Shown: in pieces, positions 30,907-40,090 of the stretch
Layout of the letters: each line of letters opens with the position of its first letter
How positions within the stretch are numbered: position 1 is the stretch's first letter
Program-made: the position numbers and the translations under genes
Notes under the pieces: model-generated
Database searches by the model: none
Told to the model about the DNA's origin: nothing
What the model saw: the letters and a program-made list of their open reading frames with translations, nothing else
Virus record (IMG/VR): IMGVR_UViG_3300025849_000009
DNA length: 64,000 bases
From: a virus
Direction: 5' to 3' (one strand)

Positions 30907-31605
30907 TTAAAATTTCGGTATACCTCCTATTTTTGCTGCTCTTCGTCTCCAGAGATCTAATACTTGTTCTCTTTCTTCGTCATTAATAACACCTTGTTCC
31001 TGTTGTGTATCTAAATATCTACCAACAGTATCGCTCATGTTTTCCTTTCTCTTCTTAGCTTCATATCTTAATCCTTGTAAATTAGCATCCACTTCTTTAG
31101 GTAGCATTAGATACTGAGATTTTGGTAAAAGTCCCATTTTTATATAGGCTCTTAGTTCACTATCATCTTCATTAGGTTTACCTTTTCTATAATTTCCGGT
31201 GTCAATTCCGTCTTGTGTAATATGTTCCATTTCATGACGAACTACATCTGCTAAATGAAAATATACCATTGACCATTCTCCTGGAATCCACTCAGGATTT
31301 AAAGCAAAGTCTATAATAATATAAGGTGTTTGAAAGTCACCGTGATCATCATCGTCTCTACCATCTGCACCTGTTGAATCTAATACTTGAAATCCTTCAT
31401 ATTTTTTATCAATATGAATAGTAGCCTCAATATCAAATTCTAAACCTCTCTCTTCAATTTGGTCTCCATAATTTATAGTAGCGTTCCCGCCTTTATATGA
31501 TTTAACCCATTTATTGAATATAGCTTTAGTTAATTTGGAAGCTAATCCATCATATGCAGATCTTCCTTCACCAATAAAACTTTCATATGTTCTAATATGT
31601 TTCAT
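30907..31605 (-). CDS. Zincin-like metallopeptidase domain protein with CTS-like leader
   Basis: HEMEH (HExxH) plus downstream 'YLMLPKEVDA' Glu ligand; leader MKHIRTYESFIGE. Confidence 0.7.
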   Translation of the reverse strand: MKHIRTYESFIGEGRSAYDGLASKLTKAIFNKWVKSYKGGNATINYGDQIEERGLEFDIEATIHIDKKYEGFQVLDSTGADGRDDDDHGDFQTPYIIIDFALNPEWIPGEWSMVYFHLADVVRHEMEHITQDGIDTGNYRKGKPNEDDSELRAYIKMGLLPKSQYLMLPKEVDANLQGLRYEAKKRKENMSDTVGRYLDTQQEQGVINDEEREQVLDLWRRRAAKIGGIPKF

Positions 31606-31643
31606 GTATTATATATCATTTAAATTTAACCGTACTTTAAAGC

Positions 31644-31675
31644 AAAAAAAATGAGGTTCGTTAGAACCTCATTTT
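31644..31675 (-). terminator. Intrinsic terminator
   Basis: ATGAGGTTC-TAAC-GAACCTCAT followed by a T-run on the - strand. Confidence 0.8.
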
Positions 31676-31695
31676 CATGGTTAGTTGAGACTTTA

Positions 31696-31941
31696 TTAAC
31701 CGTTTACTTGACCGGTTTTGCCTACTTGTGTGCCTTCGTCACTATCAACGAAAATTTGATCTAGAACTTCTAAATACCCATTTGCATCGGTTATTGTTCT
31801 TACCAATTTATCCATTTCTTCAATGACTTGTGGGTGTTCACCAATTCCCACTGCATTTTTAGAATACACTTCTAATGTTGCAATTGCCTCTAATCTCATA
31901 GCGACATACTTAGCTCTAAGAGCGTCTACTTTTAAACTCAT
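31696..31941 (-). CDS. Conserved small phage protein
   Basis: 'NAVGIGEHPQVIEEMDKL' motif common in marine T4-like phages. Confidence 0.65.
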   Translation of the reverse strand: MSLKVDALRAKYVAMRLEAIATLEVYSKNAVGIGEHPQVIEEMDKLVRTITDANGYLEVLDQIFVDSDEGTQVGKTGQVNG

Positions 31942-32144
31942 AATTTGTTGTTATTTAATTCTTTTAATTGATCAATGATTGTCTGTAATGCGCTAAATAC
32001 AATAGATGCTATCATAAACATCCAAAACCTGGTAGATTCTTGGCCCATACACAATGATACAATAGCAAATACTAAGAATAATGTTCCTTGTACGCCAATT
32101 GCTCTGTTAGACAATTTGCTCAATACATTTTTAATTTTTTTCAT
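31938..32144 (-). CDS. Small membrane protein (2 TM)
   Basis: Two hydrophobic stretches. Confidence 0.55.
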   Translation of the reverse strand: MKKIKNVLSKLSNRAIGVQGTLFLVFAIVSLCMGQESTRFWMFMIASIVFSALQTIIDQLKELNNNKL

Positions 32145-32163
32145 ATACTAATTTTTATAATGG

Positions 32164-33096
32164 TTATACTAACTCTAATTGATATTGTTTCAAATATTTT
32201 TGTAGAGCCAATTCTTTTGCCTTTACTTCTAGCTCGATATCTAGATATAAGCCATATGTTTCTATATACTCATAGATATAATCTGCATGTGCACGCTTAT
32301 TTGTTTGAGTCTCATCTTCATGTAATTGTTGACACGAAGAATAGTGTACTAATTGTTTGATACCCTTTGGCCAAGATTTAGCTGCAAGTTTAAGGGCTTC
32401 TTCTTGTGATAATGTACCTGGATGACACCAATGATGGTGATAATCGAATGTGATAGGAACACCAACTTTACTAAATACACCTTCATATAGATCTTCGGTC
32501 GTGTACTGACTTTCTTTGTCATCGTTTTCTACAACTAATCGAGTACGTACAGAATCGTCAAGTAATTTAAAATTATCTACAAATCTTTGCATTGCTTCGT
32601 CTTTACCGCCTTGTGTAGTATTGACATGTATATTGATTGGTGCAGAGTGATCTCTTGGTAAGCCAAGTAAATCCATAATTTCACCGTGTTTGTTGAGATC
32701 AATAATACATTTGTCAACTACTCGTTGTGTAAGCGATGCTAATACATCGAATGGGCCAGGATGAAATGTTAAACGTTGACCATTATCCATCGCAATTTTA
32801 CCAGCACCTTTAAGAACATTTACGATTTTATTATAATCTGGTAAATCAGACAATTCATACTCACTCATCCATGGAAACATATCAGAACTAATACGAAAGA
32901 GTTTGATGCCATTGCGATTATTCCAATTAATTACTTTAACTAAATCTTTTACATTTAATAATGCAAGCTCTGATGCATACTCAATACCTTTAGCTGCAAA
33001 CGTACGCTTAATCATGCTACGATTAGTAGTAACTTTTTCAGATTTCTGTAAAGTAGTATTGATACAGCAATATCCGTAATTATTTATTTTTTCCAT
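32164..33096 (-). CDS. uvsE: UV damage endonuclease UvsE/UVDE
   Basis: 'GYCCIN', 'FRISSDMFPW', 'RLTFHPG', 'RLVVENDDK', 'FDYHHH', 'RAHADY', 'EVKAKELA'. Confidence 0.93.
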   Translation of the reverse strand: MEKINNYGYCCINTTLQKSEKVTTNRSMIKRTFAAKGIEYASELALLNVKDLVKVINWNNRNGIKLFRISSDMFPWMSEYELSDLPDYNKIVNVLKGAGKIAMDNGQRLTFHPGPFDVLASLTQRVVDKCIIDLNKHGEIMDLLGLPRDHSAPINIHVNTTQGGKDEAMQRFVDNFKLLDDSVRTRLVVENDDKESQYTTEDLYEGVFSKVGVPITFDYHHHWCHPGTLSQEEALKLAAKSWPKGIKQLVHYSSCQQLHEDETQTNKRAHADYIYEYIETYGLYLDIELEVKAKELALQKYLKQYQLELV

Positions 33097-33283
33097 TTAT
33101 GTATTTTATTATAAAGTTAATAGCAAGTAATACCAAATACGCTGGCCAAAAAAGACCTATTAAAATTCTTTCGAGCATACTAAATCTTAGATCTTCTCTA
33201 TCTATTGTAGAAATTAAGAAATCGTATAGTGCATTTACAATGACACCAAATAAAATATAATATGAAAGAGTACCAATAGTCAC
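33080..33283 (-). CDS. Small membrane protein
   Basis: 67 aa, two TM segments, 'FWP' motif. Confidence 0.55.
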   Translation of the reverse strand: MTIGTLSYYILFGVIVNALYDFLISTIDREDLRFSMLERILIGLFWPAYLVLLAINFIIKYINGKNK

Positions 33284-33301
33284 TTAAGTTATATATGGTT
33301 T

Positions 33302-33895
33302 TTATGAATTGTTTAATTGTTCCCAGTTTAAATACTTTTTCCAATTATGTTCTTTGATTAGCTTTGTCCAAAGTATAATGTATTTTCTTTCTTTGGGTTT
33401 TAGAATATGTCGCGGTTGTTCGTTAACAAATCTTTGCATTTTTTCTGGATCAAACTTTTTACCTAACGCAATACTTTTACATTTAAAATACAAATCTCTA
33501 GTGCTACCATCAAATATTTCCATTATATCTGAAACTCTTTCCTTTGTCATGTCAAATTCCTTGGCTAAATCTTCAGCCAATTTCCAAAGAAGTTTTTGTT
33601 CTATTTCTAAATGATTTTTCATCATAATAGCTTTACGCTTATTATATTGTTTTCTATCATAATCAATGGCTTCGATTAGAGTTTCACCATTTAACCAAGG
33701 ACTTTCTTTTTTAATAGCCTCTACTTTAGCTTCATAAATCTTTTCTTCTAAGTATACTTCTCTACCTAAATGATTGAATTCATATTCACCAAATTCTATT
33801 CTTTGTTGAAGCTCACTTGCGCCTTTAAATAAATATTTCTTGGGCAATTTAACAACTCCATGAAATCTGCGCCACCATGTAAATTGTCTACTCAT
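33302..33895 (-). CDS. Hypothetical protein
   Basis: 197-aa ORF. Confidence 0.6.
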   Translation of the reverse strand: MSRQFTWWRRFHGVVKLPKKYLFKGASELQQRIEFGEYEFNHLGREVYLEEKIYEAKVEAIKKESPWLNGETLIEAIDYDRKQYNKRKAIMMKNHLEIEQKLLWKLAEDLAKEFDMTKERVSDIMEIFDGSTRDLYFKCKSIALGKKFDPEKMQRFVNEQPRHILKPKERKYIILWTKLIKEHNWKKYLNWEQLNNS

Positions 33896-34250
33896 TTATT
33901 TTGTATAATGTGTATATTGAATTGTTAGTTCTAAATTTAACAAAAGTTTCATCAGATTCTAAAATCTCCGTTAACACTGTTGTCATCCACGTATAATATT
34001 CATTGAACGGTGACATAATCAAACTTCGTCCTATTGCAATTTCCTTAAACTGCTCCTTAAATGTACCATCTTCTTGCCACTCTACCCACAATACATCTCT
34101 TGAATATTTAGTCATACCGTCTCGCTCTCTTACCAATTTCCAATTTCTTTCGGTTTCTTTGTAAAAAAGATCAACAAATTCATTGTCAATTTGTAGATTA
34201 CCTTTCTCGTCTTTAGTTAAGGGAATTTGAGGTTGTATATCCTTAATCAT
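33888..34250 (-). CDS. Hypothetical protein
   Basis: Likely start M31 (MIKDIQ); C-terminal 'FRTNNSIYTL'. Confidence 0.6.
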   Translation of the reverse strand: MIKDIQPQIPLTKDEKGNLQIDNEFVDLFYKETERNWKLVRERDGMTKYSRDVLWVEWQEDGTFKEQFKEIAIGRSLIMSPFNEYYTWMTTVLTEILESDETFVKFRTNNSIYTLYKINE

Positions 34251-34251
34251 A

Positions 34252-34482
34252 TTATTTGTTTTTTCTTTTTCTTTTCTTTTTTTCGTGTTTAGCCCAATAT
34301 CTAGCGGCTTCCTTCTCTTCTTCGTATTTTTCAAGAACATCTAAAAATCCACTATACGTATAATCTTCTGATCTAAAAGCATCTCTAATTCTTGATTGCT
34401 CGTCTTCACAACCTTTCATCCATCCGATTACGAATGCAAATACTCCTAAGAAAATTGTTAAAAATAATCCTTCTGCTCCCAT
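34252..34482 (-). CDS. Small membrane-anchored protein
   Basis: N-terminal TM helix and basic tail. Confidence 0.55.
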   Translation of the reverse strand: MGAEGLFLTIFLGVFAFVIGWMKGCEDEQSRIRDAFRSEDYTYSGFLDVLEKYEEEKEAARYWAKHEKKKRKRKNK

Positions 34483-34769
34483 TATTTTAATTTTTGTAAA
34501 AGGTTTTCAACGTCTTTCTTAGAAGTCCATCCAGCAACTTCATCACCATCAGTATTTAAAAATTTATCTGTGACAAAACCGCCACCCTCAGAATTTTTAA
34601 ATATAGCAACTTCAAATGAAGCGTATTGTGTAGAGTCTAACCCATCTTCACGTGGAGTACTATAAACAAACTTACCTGCTTGAATACTCACTGTAACTTC
34701 TTTAAACTTTGCAATAGCTCCTACGCCACCATGATGTTGTTTCTTAAATTTTAAGTCTTTAAATTTCAT
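34482..34769 (-). CDS. Hypothetical protein
   Basis: 95 aa; 'YSTPR...FEVAI...VAGW' pattern of small phage proteins. Confidence 0.6.
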   Translation of the reverse strand: MKFKDLKFKKQHHGGVGAIAKFKEVTVSIQAGKFVYSTPREDGLDSTQYASFEVAIFKNSEGGGFVTDKFLNTDGDEVAGWTSKKDVENLLQKLK

Positions 34770-34784
34770 ATCTTTTATTTTATT

Positions 34785-35252
34785 TTAAAAATTACCTGGT
34801 GCAACTTGCATACAAGTTAAACCCATATCTCTCCACATATCAACTACTTTTTGTCTATCGTCAAATACACAAACTACATCGTCAACGTGATCCTGTGTTG
34901 GAAATAAGTCGTTAAACCATTTCTTCTTAAGATCATCATCTGGCATAAATTGAAAGTCTTTGCTAGTTGGTCTCATCTTCAATACATTAAATGGTACATC
35001 AAACTTTTTTAACCAAGCTTTAGTAGCATCTTTAGTAGCTTTAGATCTTCCACTAAAAATAACAATCATGTGCCCAGCGGCATCTAACATTTGAGCCATC
35101 TTAATTACAGCATCATGTGGTTGGTCAAGGTCAATGTTCTTAGGATCAAAGAAAGTGTCCCAATCCATTTTGCCATTGTCCTTCGTAGAAATAGCTCTTC
35201 GCTTATCGATAAGAGCCAAAGTTCCGTCTAAATCAAATATTACTTTTTTCAT
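34785..35252 (-). CDS. HAD phosphatase, polynucleotide kinase 3'-phosphatase (PseT C-terminal)-like
   Basis: 'IFDLDGTLA', 'FSGR', 'LKMRP', 'VFDDRQKVVDMWR.MGL.C.QVA.GNF'. Confidence 0.85.
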   Translation of the reverse strand: MKKVIFDLDGTLALIDKRRAISTKDNGKMDWDTFFDPKNIDLDQPHDAVIKMAQMLDAAGHMIVIFSGRSKATKDATKAWLKKFDVPFNVLKMRPTSKDFQFMPDDDLKKKWFNDLFPTQDHVDDVVCVFDDRQKVVDMWRDMGLTCMQVAPGNF

Positions 35253-35273
35253 TTCTCTTGCTTTTTATTACTC

Positions 35274-35306
35274 TACTAATATACCACAAATATTTGACAT
35301 AAAAAA
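35274..35306 (-). promoter_or_regulatory. Conserved early-promoter-like motif, copy 1
   Basis: TTTTTTATGTC-N3-TATTTGTGGTATATTAGTA on the - strand upstream of 35252. Confidence 0.7.
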
Positions 35307-35318
35307 GTATTTGTGCGT

Positions 35319-35531
35319 TTATTTTAATAAATCTTTTATTTTTTCTTCAATATCCACCATTTCTTCTAAGGTAAATAAATCCATATCATTGAATAGCCAA
35401 CCTGTATTTGTTTCTACAATGACCATATCTTCAAATATTTCTATACTTTCAACAGTATGAACTGTTTTGTCATCTTGAAATATAACATATGGCGCAGAGT
35501 CTATACGATTGTATCTTTCTTCAATAGTCAT
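35319..35531 (-). CDS. Hypothetical protein
   Basis: Likely start MTIEERY (35531). Confidence 0.5.
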   Translation of the reverse strand: MTIEERYNRIDSAPYVIFQDDKTVHTVESIEIFEDMVIVETNTGWLFNDMDLFTLEEMVDIEEKIKDLLK

Positions 35532-35532
35532 C

Positions 35533-35931
35533 TTATCCCCAATCTTTTTCAAATGTGTACCAATGATCTGCGCTTGCGCAGTCTCTACATGCATCGGCAA
35601 CAAGTGTTACTTTATCTTCCATCGTTAACATCAATAGAACAGCTCCTACGTGCATCTCGATCAACTCACTTGTTGGAAGATATTCCGAGACGTGACTGGC
35701 AATTCCAGTAACAAGTCTATATGTGTTGTCTTCTACAGAATTAAATCTTGTTCCCTGATGATAATCGACATTAGGTTCTACGGTTGCTAGTTCCCATAGT
35801 TTTTCAATACCTATAAGATCTCTAACTTCTTGACAAATTTCTTGGATTGCAGCTTTGTGTTTAAGAACTGCTTGATAACCTGAGCCACCGACTCCGTTAC
35901 ATCTTACTTCATTTACATTAAATTTACTCAT
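35533..35931 (-). CDS. Hypothetical protein
   Basis: Likely start MSKFNVN (35931), just after motif copy 2. Confidence 0.6.
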   Translation of the reverse strand: MSKFNVNEVRCNGVGGSGYQAVLKHKAAIQEICQEVRDLIGIEKLWELATVEPNVDYHQGTRFNSVEDNTYRLVTGIASHVSEYLPTSELIEMHVGAVLLMLTMEDKVTLVADACRDCASADHWYTFEKDWG

Positions 35932-35951
35932 ATTTTTAACTTTTATTATAC

Positions 35952-35989
35952 TACTAATATACCACAAATAATTGATATAAAAAAATCTG
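35952..35989 (-). promoter_or_regulatory. Conserved early-promoter-like motif, copy 2
   Basis: CAGATTTTTTTATATCAATTATTTGTGGTATATTAGTA. Confidence 0.7.
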
Positions 35990-36002
35990 ACGTGTTTTAT
36001 TT

Positions 36003-36245
36003 TTAAAAGTTACGAACAATTTCCTGATGCTTCTTTCTAAAAGTTATTTCAACATCGTCTATTATTTCTTTTAATAGATTTGTTTGTATCTCGTCTTCGC
36101 ATTCAAAATACGACAACCAACTCCTAAAGTTTTCTATAAAATTTCTAGCACCTTCAATTTGTATTTCATTAGTACAAGATAATGTAACCTTATTTGTTTT
36201 TTTGTGTGTATCAAAAAGTGCGTCAGTATTTTCTTTAAATATCAT
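36003..36245 (-). CDS. Hypothetical protein
   Basis: 80-aa ORF. Confidence 0.5.
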   Translation of the reverse strand: MIFKENTDALFDTHKKTNKVTLSCTNEIQIEGARNFIENFRSWLSYFECEDEIQTNLLKEIIDDVEITFRKKHQEIVRNF

Positions 36246-36702
36246 CTTGTTTAATTTTTAAATAGTTAAGTACTGTATCCCAATCTGGAAAAGTTTCTGT
36301 ACCAAATTGAATTAGTTCGCCTTTAAATTCACCAGCACCATTGACTGTTCTATCATCGATTAAGTAATCGCCGATCATTAGATTTTTATGATGACTAGTA
36401 ATTATTCTTTTATATGCAGGCTTTCCTAAGTATTTTCTAACCCACATTCTTTTAGCCTTAACAGAACCTAAACTTTCCCATGGCGCTGTCGTTAATAAAT
36501 AAACGTCGAACACTTCTACTAATTTATTAAAAGCTTCAATAGCTCCAGGAATTGGCTCAGCTTCATAGAATAATTCAGGATCTGCATCTAGAATTTCACC
36601 TATATTTGGAACTAAATCTTTACCATATTTTGTTTCGCACGCTTTAAATATATCAACTAATACTCCGTCCATATCTAAGTACATTATTTTCTTTGCTGTC
36701 AT
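36235..36702 (-). CDS. 5'(3')-deoxyribonucleotidase (NT5C, HAD)
   Basis: 'YLDMDGVLVD', 'PIPGAIEA', 'TTAPW', 'HKNLMIGDYLIDDR'. Confidence 0.9.
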   Translation of the reverse strand: MTAKKIMYLDMDGVLVDIFKACETKYGKDLVPNIGEILDADPELFYEAEPIPGAIEAFNKLVEVFDVYLLTTAPWESLGSVKAKRMWVRKYLGKPAYKRIITSHHKNLMIGDYLIDDRTVNGAGEFKGELIQFGTETFPDWDTVLNYLKIKQDDI

Positions 36703-36703
36703 A

Positions 36704-36964
36704 TTATGTATTTTTTATTGTTGGTTTTGTTAAAAGTAAATACATCTCAATAGCTTTGATCAAGCCTTTAATTTTATTTTCTATATCTTTACTCACACCT
36801 AATTTTATAGCCTTAGGTAAAAGATCATCATATAAATATCCGTCAAAAAGCCCATAGGCCATGTTTGTAAACTCGTCGTTTTCAGTGGCATTGATAATGT
36901 CCATTGTCATAGTTCTCATTTCTGAAGTAAAACAACCATGTCTGTCAAATCTTGTGTAACTCAT
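36704..36964 (-). CDS. Hypothetical protein
   Basis: 86-aa ORF after motif copy 3. Confidence 0.6.
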   Translation of the reverse strand: MSYTRFDRHGCFTSEMRTMTMDIINATENDEFTNMAYGLFDGYLYDDLLPKAIKLGVSKDIENKIKGLIKAIEMYLLLTKPTIKNT

Positions 36965-36986
36965 ATCTTTCGCTTTTTAATTATAG

Positions 36987-37024
36987 TACTAATATACCAC
37001 AAATAAACGACATAAAAAAATCTG
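36987..37024 (-). promoter_or_regulatory. Conserved early-promoter-like motif, copy 3
   Basis: CAGATTTTTTTATGTCGTTTATTTGTGGTATATTAGTA. Confidence 0.7.
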
Positions 37025-37041
37025 AGAGCACTTTTTTTAAT

Positions 37042-37269
37042 TTATTTTTCAGGATTAGTTTTAGGAGTACCGGAACCCTTAAATAAAATAGTAGATAACA
37101 CATTAAGTCCCAGTGCTTGCCAAAATCCTATAGCATTTATGCCGTCTATTGCCGGAACTAAACATGTGTTCCATAAATATTGTGTTGGTATTGTCAATAC
37201 AGTTGCTATTATAACTAATCCTAACAATACGCCTATCCAAGTGCTAATAATATTAATTGATCTTTTCAT
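37042..37269 (-). CDS. Small membrane protein
   Basis: TM helix, 'LWN' and 'IGFWQALGL..L..ILF' motif. Confidence 0.65.
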   Translation of the reverse strand: MKRSINIISTWIGVLLGLVIIATVLTIPTQYLWNTCLVPAIDGINAIGFWQALGLNVLSTILFKGSGTPKTNPEK

Positions 37270-37274
37270 AAAAT

Positions 37275-37529
37275 TTATTTAACCAAAACCTTTGGTGTTT
37301 TTATACTATATTTTGTAGCCCATTCTTCTATAAAATTAAAACCAATTCCTAATTCTACGATTTCATATTTATGATCTACTATTGGCTTTGTTGCTCTTCC
37401 ATTATTAATAACATCAACGTGAATGTTAGTGACTATCATATAATATGTGTTACTATTCTTTTGTTTTCTGTAAACCACAACATTGGTTGGTTTATCATTT
37501 TCTAACCAAGGTAATTTTAATTTTTTCAT
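37275..37529 (-). CDS. Hypothetical protein
   Basis: Likely start MKKLKLPW (4-nt overlap with the upstream stop). Confidence 0.55.
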   Translation of the reverse strand: MKKLKLPWLENDKPTNVVVYRKQKNSNTYYMIVTNIHVDVINNGRATKPIVDHKYEIVELGIGFNFIEEWATKYSIKTPKVLVK

Positions 37530-37870
37530 TTCCAAAATAATTGAACCGCAATAAGTGCGAATGCTAAACAAAGTGAAACTGCAGTCTTAATATTAATACC
37601 TTCGTTTAAGAAGTACCAAGTTAAGAATGCAAAAGAAGTAATTCCCATAGAAAATCCTATAAATCTTCCAGGCCATAGTGCACCATCATAATATCCTGCA
37701 ATTAATGCAGTTGCTTTAATAAACATATAACTAATAACAGTGCCACCTAAAACACTTATTATCAACGGATTCTTTTTTGCCCATGGACTTATAAATTGAC
37801 CGTTAGTTTGAAACCAAATTAATGTTTGCCCTGCCAAGAACAATAACATTCCTACTAATAACCCTCTCAA
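37526..37870 (-). CDS. 4-TM membrane protein (SMR/DMT-like size)
   Basis: 114 aa, four hydrophobic helices. Confidence 0.6.
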   Translation of the reverse strand: MRGLLVGMLLFLAGQTLIWFQTNGQFISPWAKKNPLIISVLGGTVISYMFIKATALIAGYYDGALWPGRFIGFSMGITSFAFLTWYFLNEGINIKTAVSLCLAFALIAVQLFWK

Positions 37871-38502
37871 AACAATGTATTAGTTTTGGTTAGCATATGA
37901 CTTATAAATGAATTTCTGTGATGAGGTGTTGCACCTTCGCTTAATATAGCATCTCTATGTTGTTTAGTACCATATCCTTTATTTGAACCCCAACCATATG
38001 CTGGAAAATCCGTACTTAATTCTTTCATAAGTAAATCTCTTTCTGTTTTGGCCAAAATAGAAGCTGCAGCAATTGATACATATGTATTATCTCCACCTAC
38101 TACTGTTTCAAATGGAATTCCATCAAATCCATGGAATTGATCTCCATCTACAAGAATAAAATCAAAATCAATTAAATTATCTTTTACATCTTCTAAACAT
38201 CTGCGCATGCCTTCTAATGTTGCTTTTAAAATATTGGTACTTTCAATGTCTTCAACACTGACGTGTTTAATAGAATATGCAATACAGTTATCTAAAACCA
38301 TCTGCCTTGCAGCTACTCTTTGAGGTTCACTTAATAATTTTGAATCTTTAATAAGTTCATGTTGAAATCCGTATGGCATGATGCACGCAGCTACGGTCAC
38401 TGGTCCTGATAAAGCACCTCTCCCCGCTTCGTCTAATCCGATTTCGGTTATGTCTGGATTTCCAGAATGGCTATGCTTTAATAAGATTTGATATGATTCC
38501 AT
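37867..38502 (-). CDS. rnhB: Ribonuclease HII
   Basis: 'GLDEAGRGALSGPV', 'DSKLLS', 'VDG', 'SIAAASILAK', 'NKGYGT..H'. Confidence 0.95.
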   Translation of the reverse strand: MESYQILLKHSHSGNPDITEIGLDEAGRGALSGPVTVAACIMPYGFQHELIKDSKLLSEPQRVAARQMVLDNCIAYSIKHVSVEDIESTNILKATLEGMRRCLEDVKDNLIDFDFILVDGDQFHGFDGIPFETVVGGDNTYVSIAAASILAKTERDLLMKELSTDFPAYGWGSNKGYGTKQHRDAILSEGATPHHRNSFISHMLTKTNTLF

Positions 38503-38546
38503 ATATAGTATGTTTAGTACTTATATACGGAATCATTAAAATGTTT

Positions 38547-39254
38547 CTAAAATTTGTTTTCGTTTTTTGATTTCCACTCATCATATCTCTGTACGACTTC
38601 CTGTAAGATCTTAGCTCTTACAATATCTTTATTACTAAACACATGTACACCGATTCCTTTTACACCCTGCATAATCTCTATGAACCCTGGTAAACCTACA
38701 TGCTGCTTAGCAATATCATGTTGACTGACATCACCTGTAACTACAACTCTACTTGATTTACCCATTCTAGTTACAAATAACATTAATTGTTTAAATGTTG
38801 CATTTTGTGCTTCATCTAAAACCATAAGCGCATCATCAAAAGTATCACCTCTCATATACGCAAGTGGCTCAAATCTAATTGTCTTGCTATCAAATAAATA
38901 TTTTGCTTGTTGACCTCCTACTATTTTAGTGATATTCGAAATATACGAATTCATATAAGGGTCGATCTTTTCTTCTTTTGTTCCTGGTAAAAATCCTAAC
39001 TTTTCACCTGCTTCTTGTATGGGTTTACAAAGGATAATTTCTTTTATTTTCTTTTCTTGTAGTAATTTAAGTGCTACGAAACATGCAGTAAATGTTTTTG
39101 ATGTTCCTGCTGGACCGTAACAAAATGTTATTTCGTTTTCTTCTATTTGTTTTACGTATTTATGTTGGGACTGTCTAAGTGTAACTCGTTTTAAACCGGA
39201 ATCTATTGTTCCGTTTTTAGATTGTCTTGTTTGCTTTTCTGTTCCTCTACTCAT
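38547..39254 (-). CDS. phoH: PhoH-family ATPase
   Basis: 'GPAGTSKT', 'EAGEKLGFLPG', 'PLAYMRG.TF', 'LDEAQN', 'TRMG', 'GD..QHD'. Confidence 0.93.
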   Translation of the reverse strand: MSRGTEKQTRQSKNGTIDSGLKRVTLRQSQHKYVKQIEENEITFCYGPAGTSKTFTACFVALKLLQEKKIKEIILCKPIQEAGEKLGFLPGTKEEKIDPYMNSYISNITKIVGGQQAKYLFDSKTIRFEPLAYMRGDTFDDALMVLDEAQNATFKQLMLFVTRMGKSSRVVVTGDVSQHDIAKQHVGLPGFIEIMQGVKGIGVHVFSNKDIVRAKILQEVVQRYDEWKSKNENKF

Positions 39255-39273
39255 TTAATAGTTGTTTTTATAA

Positions 39274-39534
39274 TTAATCCCCTGCCATTATGACAAGTTC
39301 TTTTAGTTTTACCAGCTTAGTACATTTCTCGTACTCTTCTAATGATTCGAAGTATTTAATCATTAGGTCGATAAATTTAGAACGCTGTTTTATTCCATGA
39401 GGAATTTCAACGATACGATCTGTATCCTTGAATGCGATGAATCTATTTACTGTTTTAGTAAAATTTCTAGTTATCTGGTAGTAACTAGCTCTCATCAAAC
39501 TATCTTTATCTGAACTTGAAATAAAGCCTGCCAT
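39274..39534 (-). CDS. Small protein with C-terminal UVR-like motif
   Basis: 'MIKYFESLEEYEKCTKL'. Confidence 0.65.
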   Translation of the reverse strand: MAGFISSSDKDSLMRASYYQITRNFTKTVNRFIAFKDTDRIVEIPHGIKQRSKFIDLMIKYFESLEEYEKCTKLVKLKELVIMAGD

Positions 39535-39647
39535 CTTAAATTACCTTTTGTTTTTAGTTACAACTTAGTTGCTCCTTTGTATATATTAATATACGGTTTC
39601 CCCTAATATAGAAATCAATTAAAATATTAGGATAATTTATTAATATA

Positions 39648-39833
39648 TTATTCCGGTTGATTTTTTGATTGCAAGTACTTGGCTTTTTGCATCTTAAGAC
39701 GTTTCTTTGCTGATGGCTTGGTGAAATCTTGTTGATCTCTTAAGTGATTTATTTGTTTAGTATTTCTAACCTTTCTTTTATACTGTTTCAGTGCCTTTTC
39801 TATATTTCCCTTATCTACTTCTATTATTAGCAT
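39648..39833 (-). CDS. rpsU: Ribosomal protein bS21 (Bacteroidota type)
   Basis: 'MLIIEV..GNIEKALKQYKRK...LR..Q.FTKPS..KR....KAKYLQ'. Confidence 0.92.
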   Translation of the reverse strand: MLIIEVDKGNIEKALKQYKRKVRNTKQINHLRDQQDFTKPSAKKRLKMQKAKYLQSKNQPE

Positions 39834-40090
39834 ATTGTTTTAATCTGTTTTTTAATGTTATAAATACTGGCGCATTTTTCGAATTCTTCTTTTTTTTCAA
39901 AGTGCTTTAACATTGCACCTAAAATAGTGATCTTGCGCTCGTCTTCTAAATCTGAAGCAATGACATACGTTGGATGATGTGTAATGGCCATATATAATGC
40001 ATTGAAAAACATATCCTCATTGTTAACTATGAGTCCATCGAATATTCTAAACCATTTTTTACTATCGTCGCTAAACGTATAATCATTCAT
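39827..40090 (-). CDS. Small protein with C-terminal UVR-like motif
   Basis: 'MLKHFEKKEEFEKCASI'. Confidence 0.65.
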   Translation of the reverse strand: MNDYTFSDDSKKWFRIFDGLIVNNEDMFFNALYMAITHHPTYVIASDLEDERKITILGAMLKHFEKKEEFEKCASIYNIKKQIKTIC

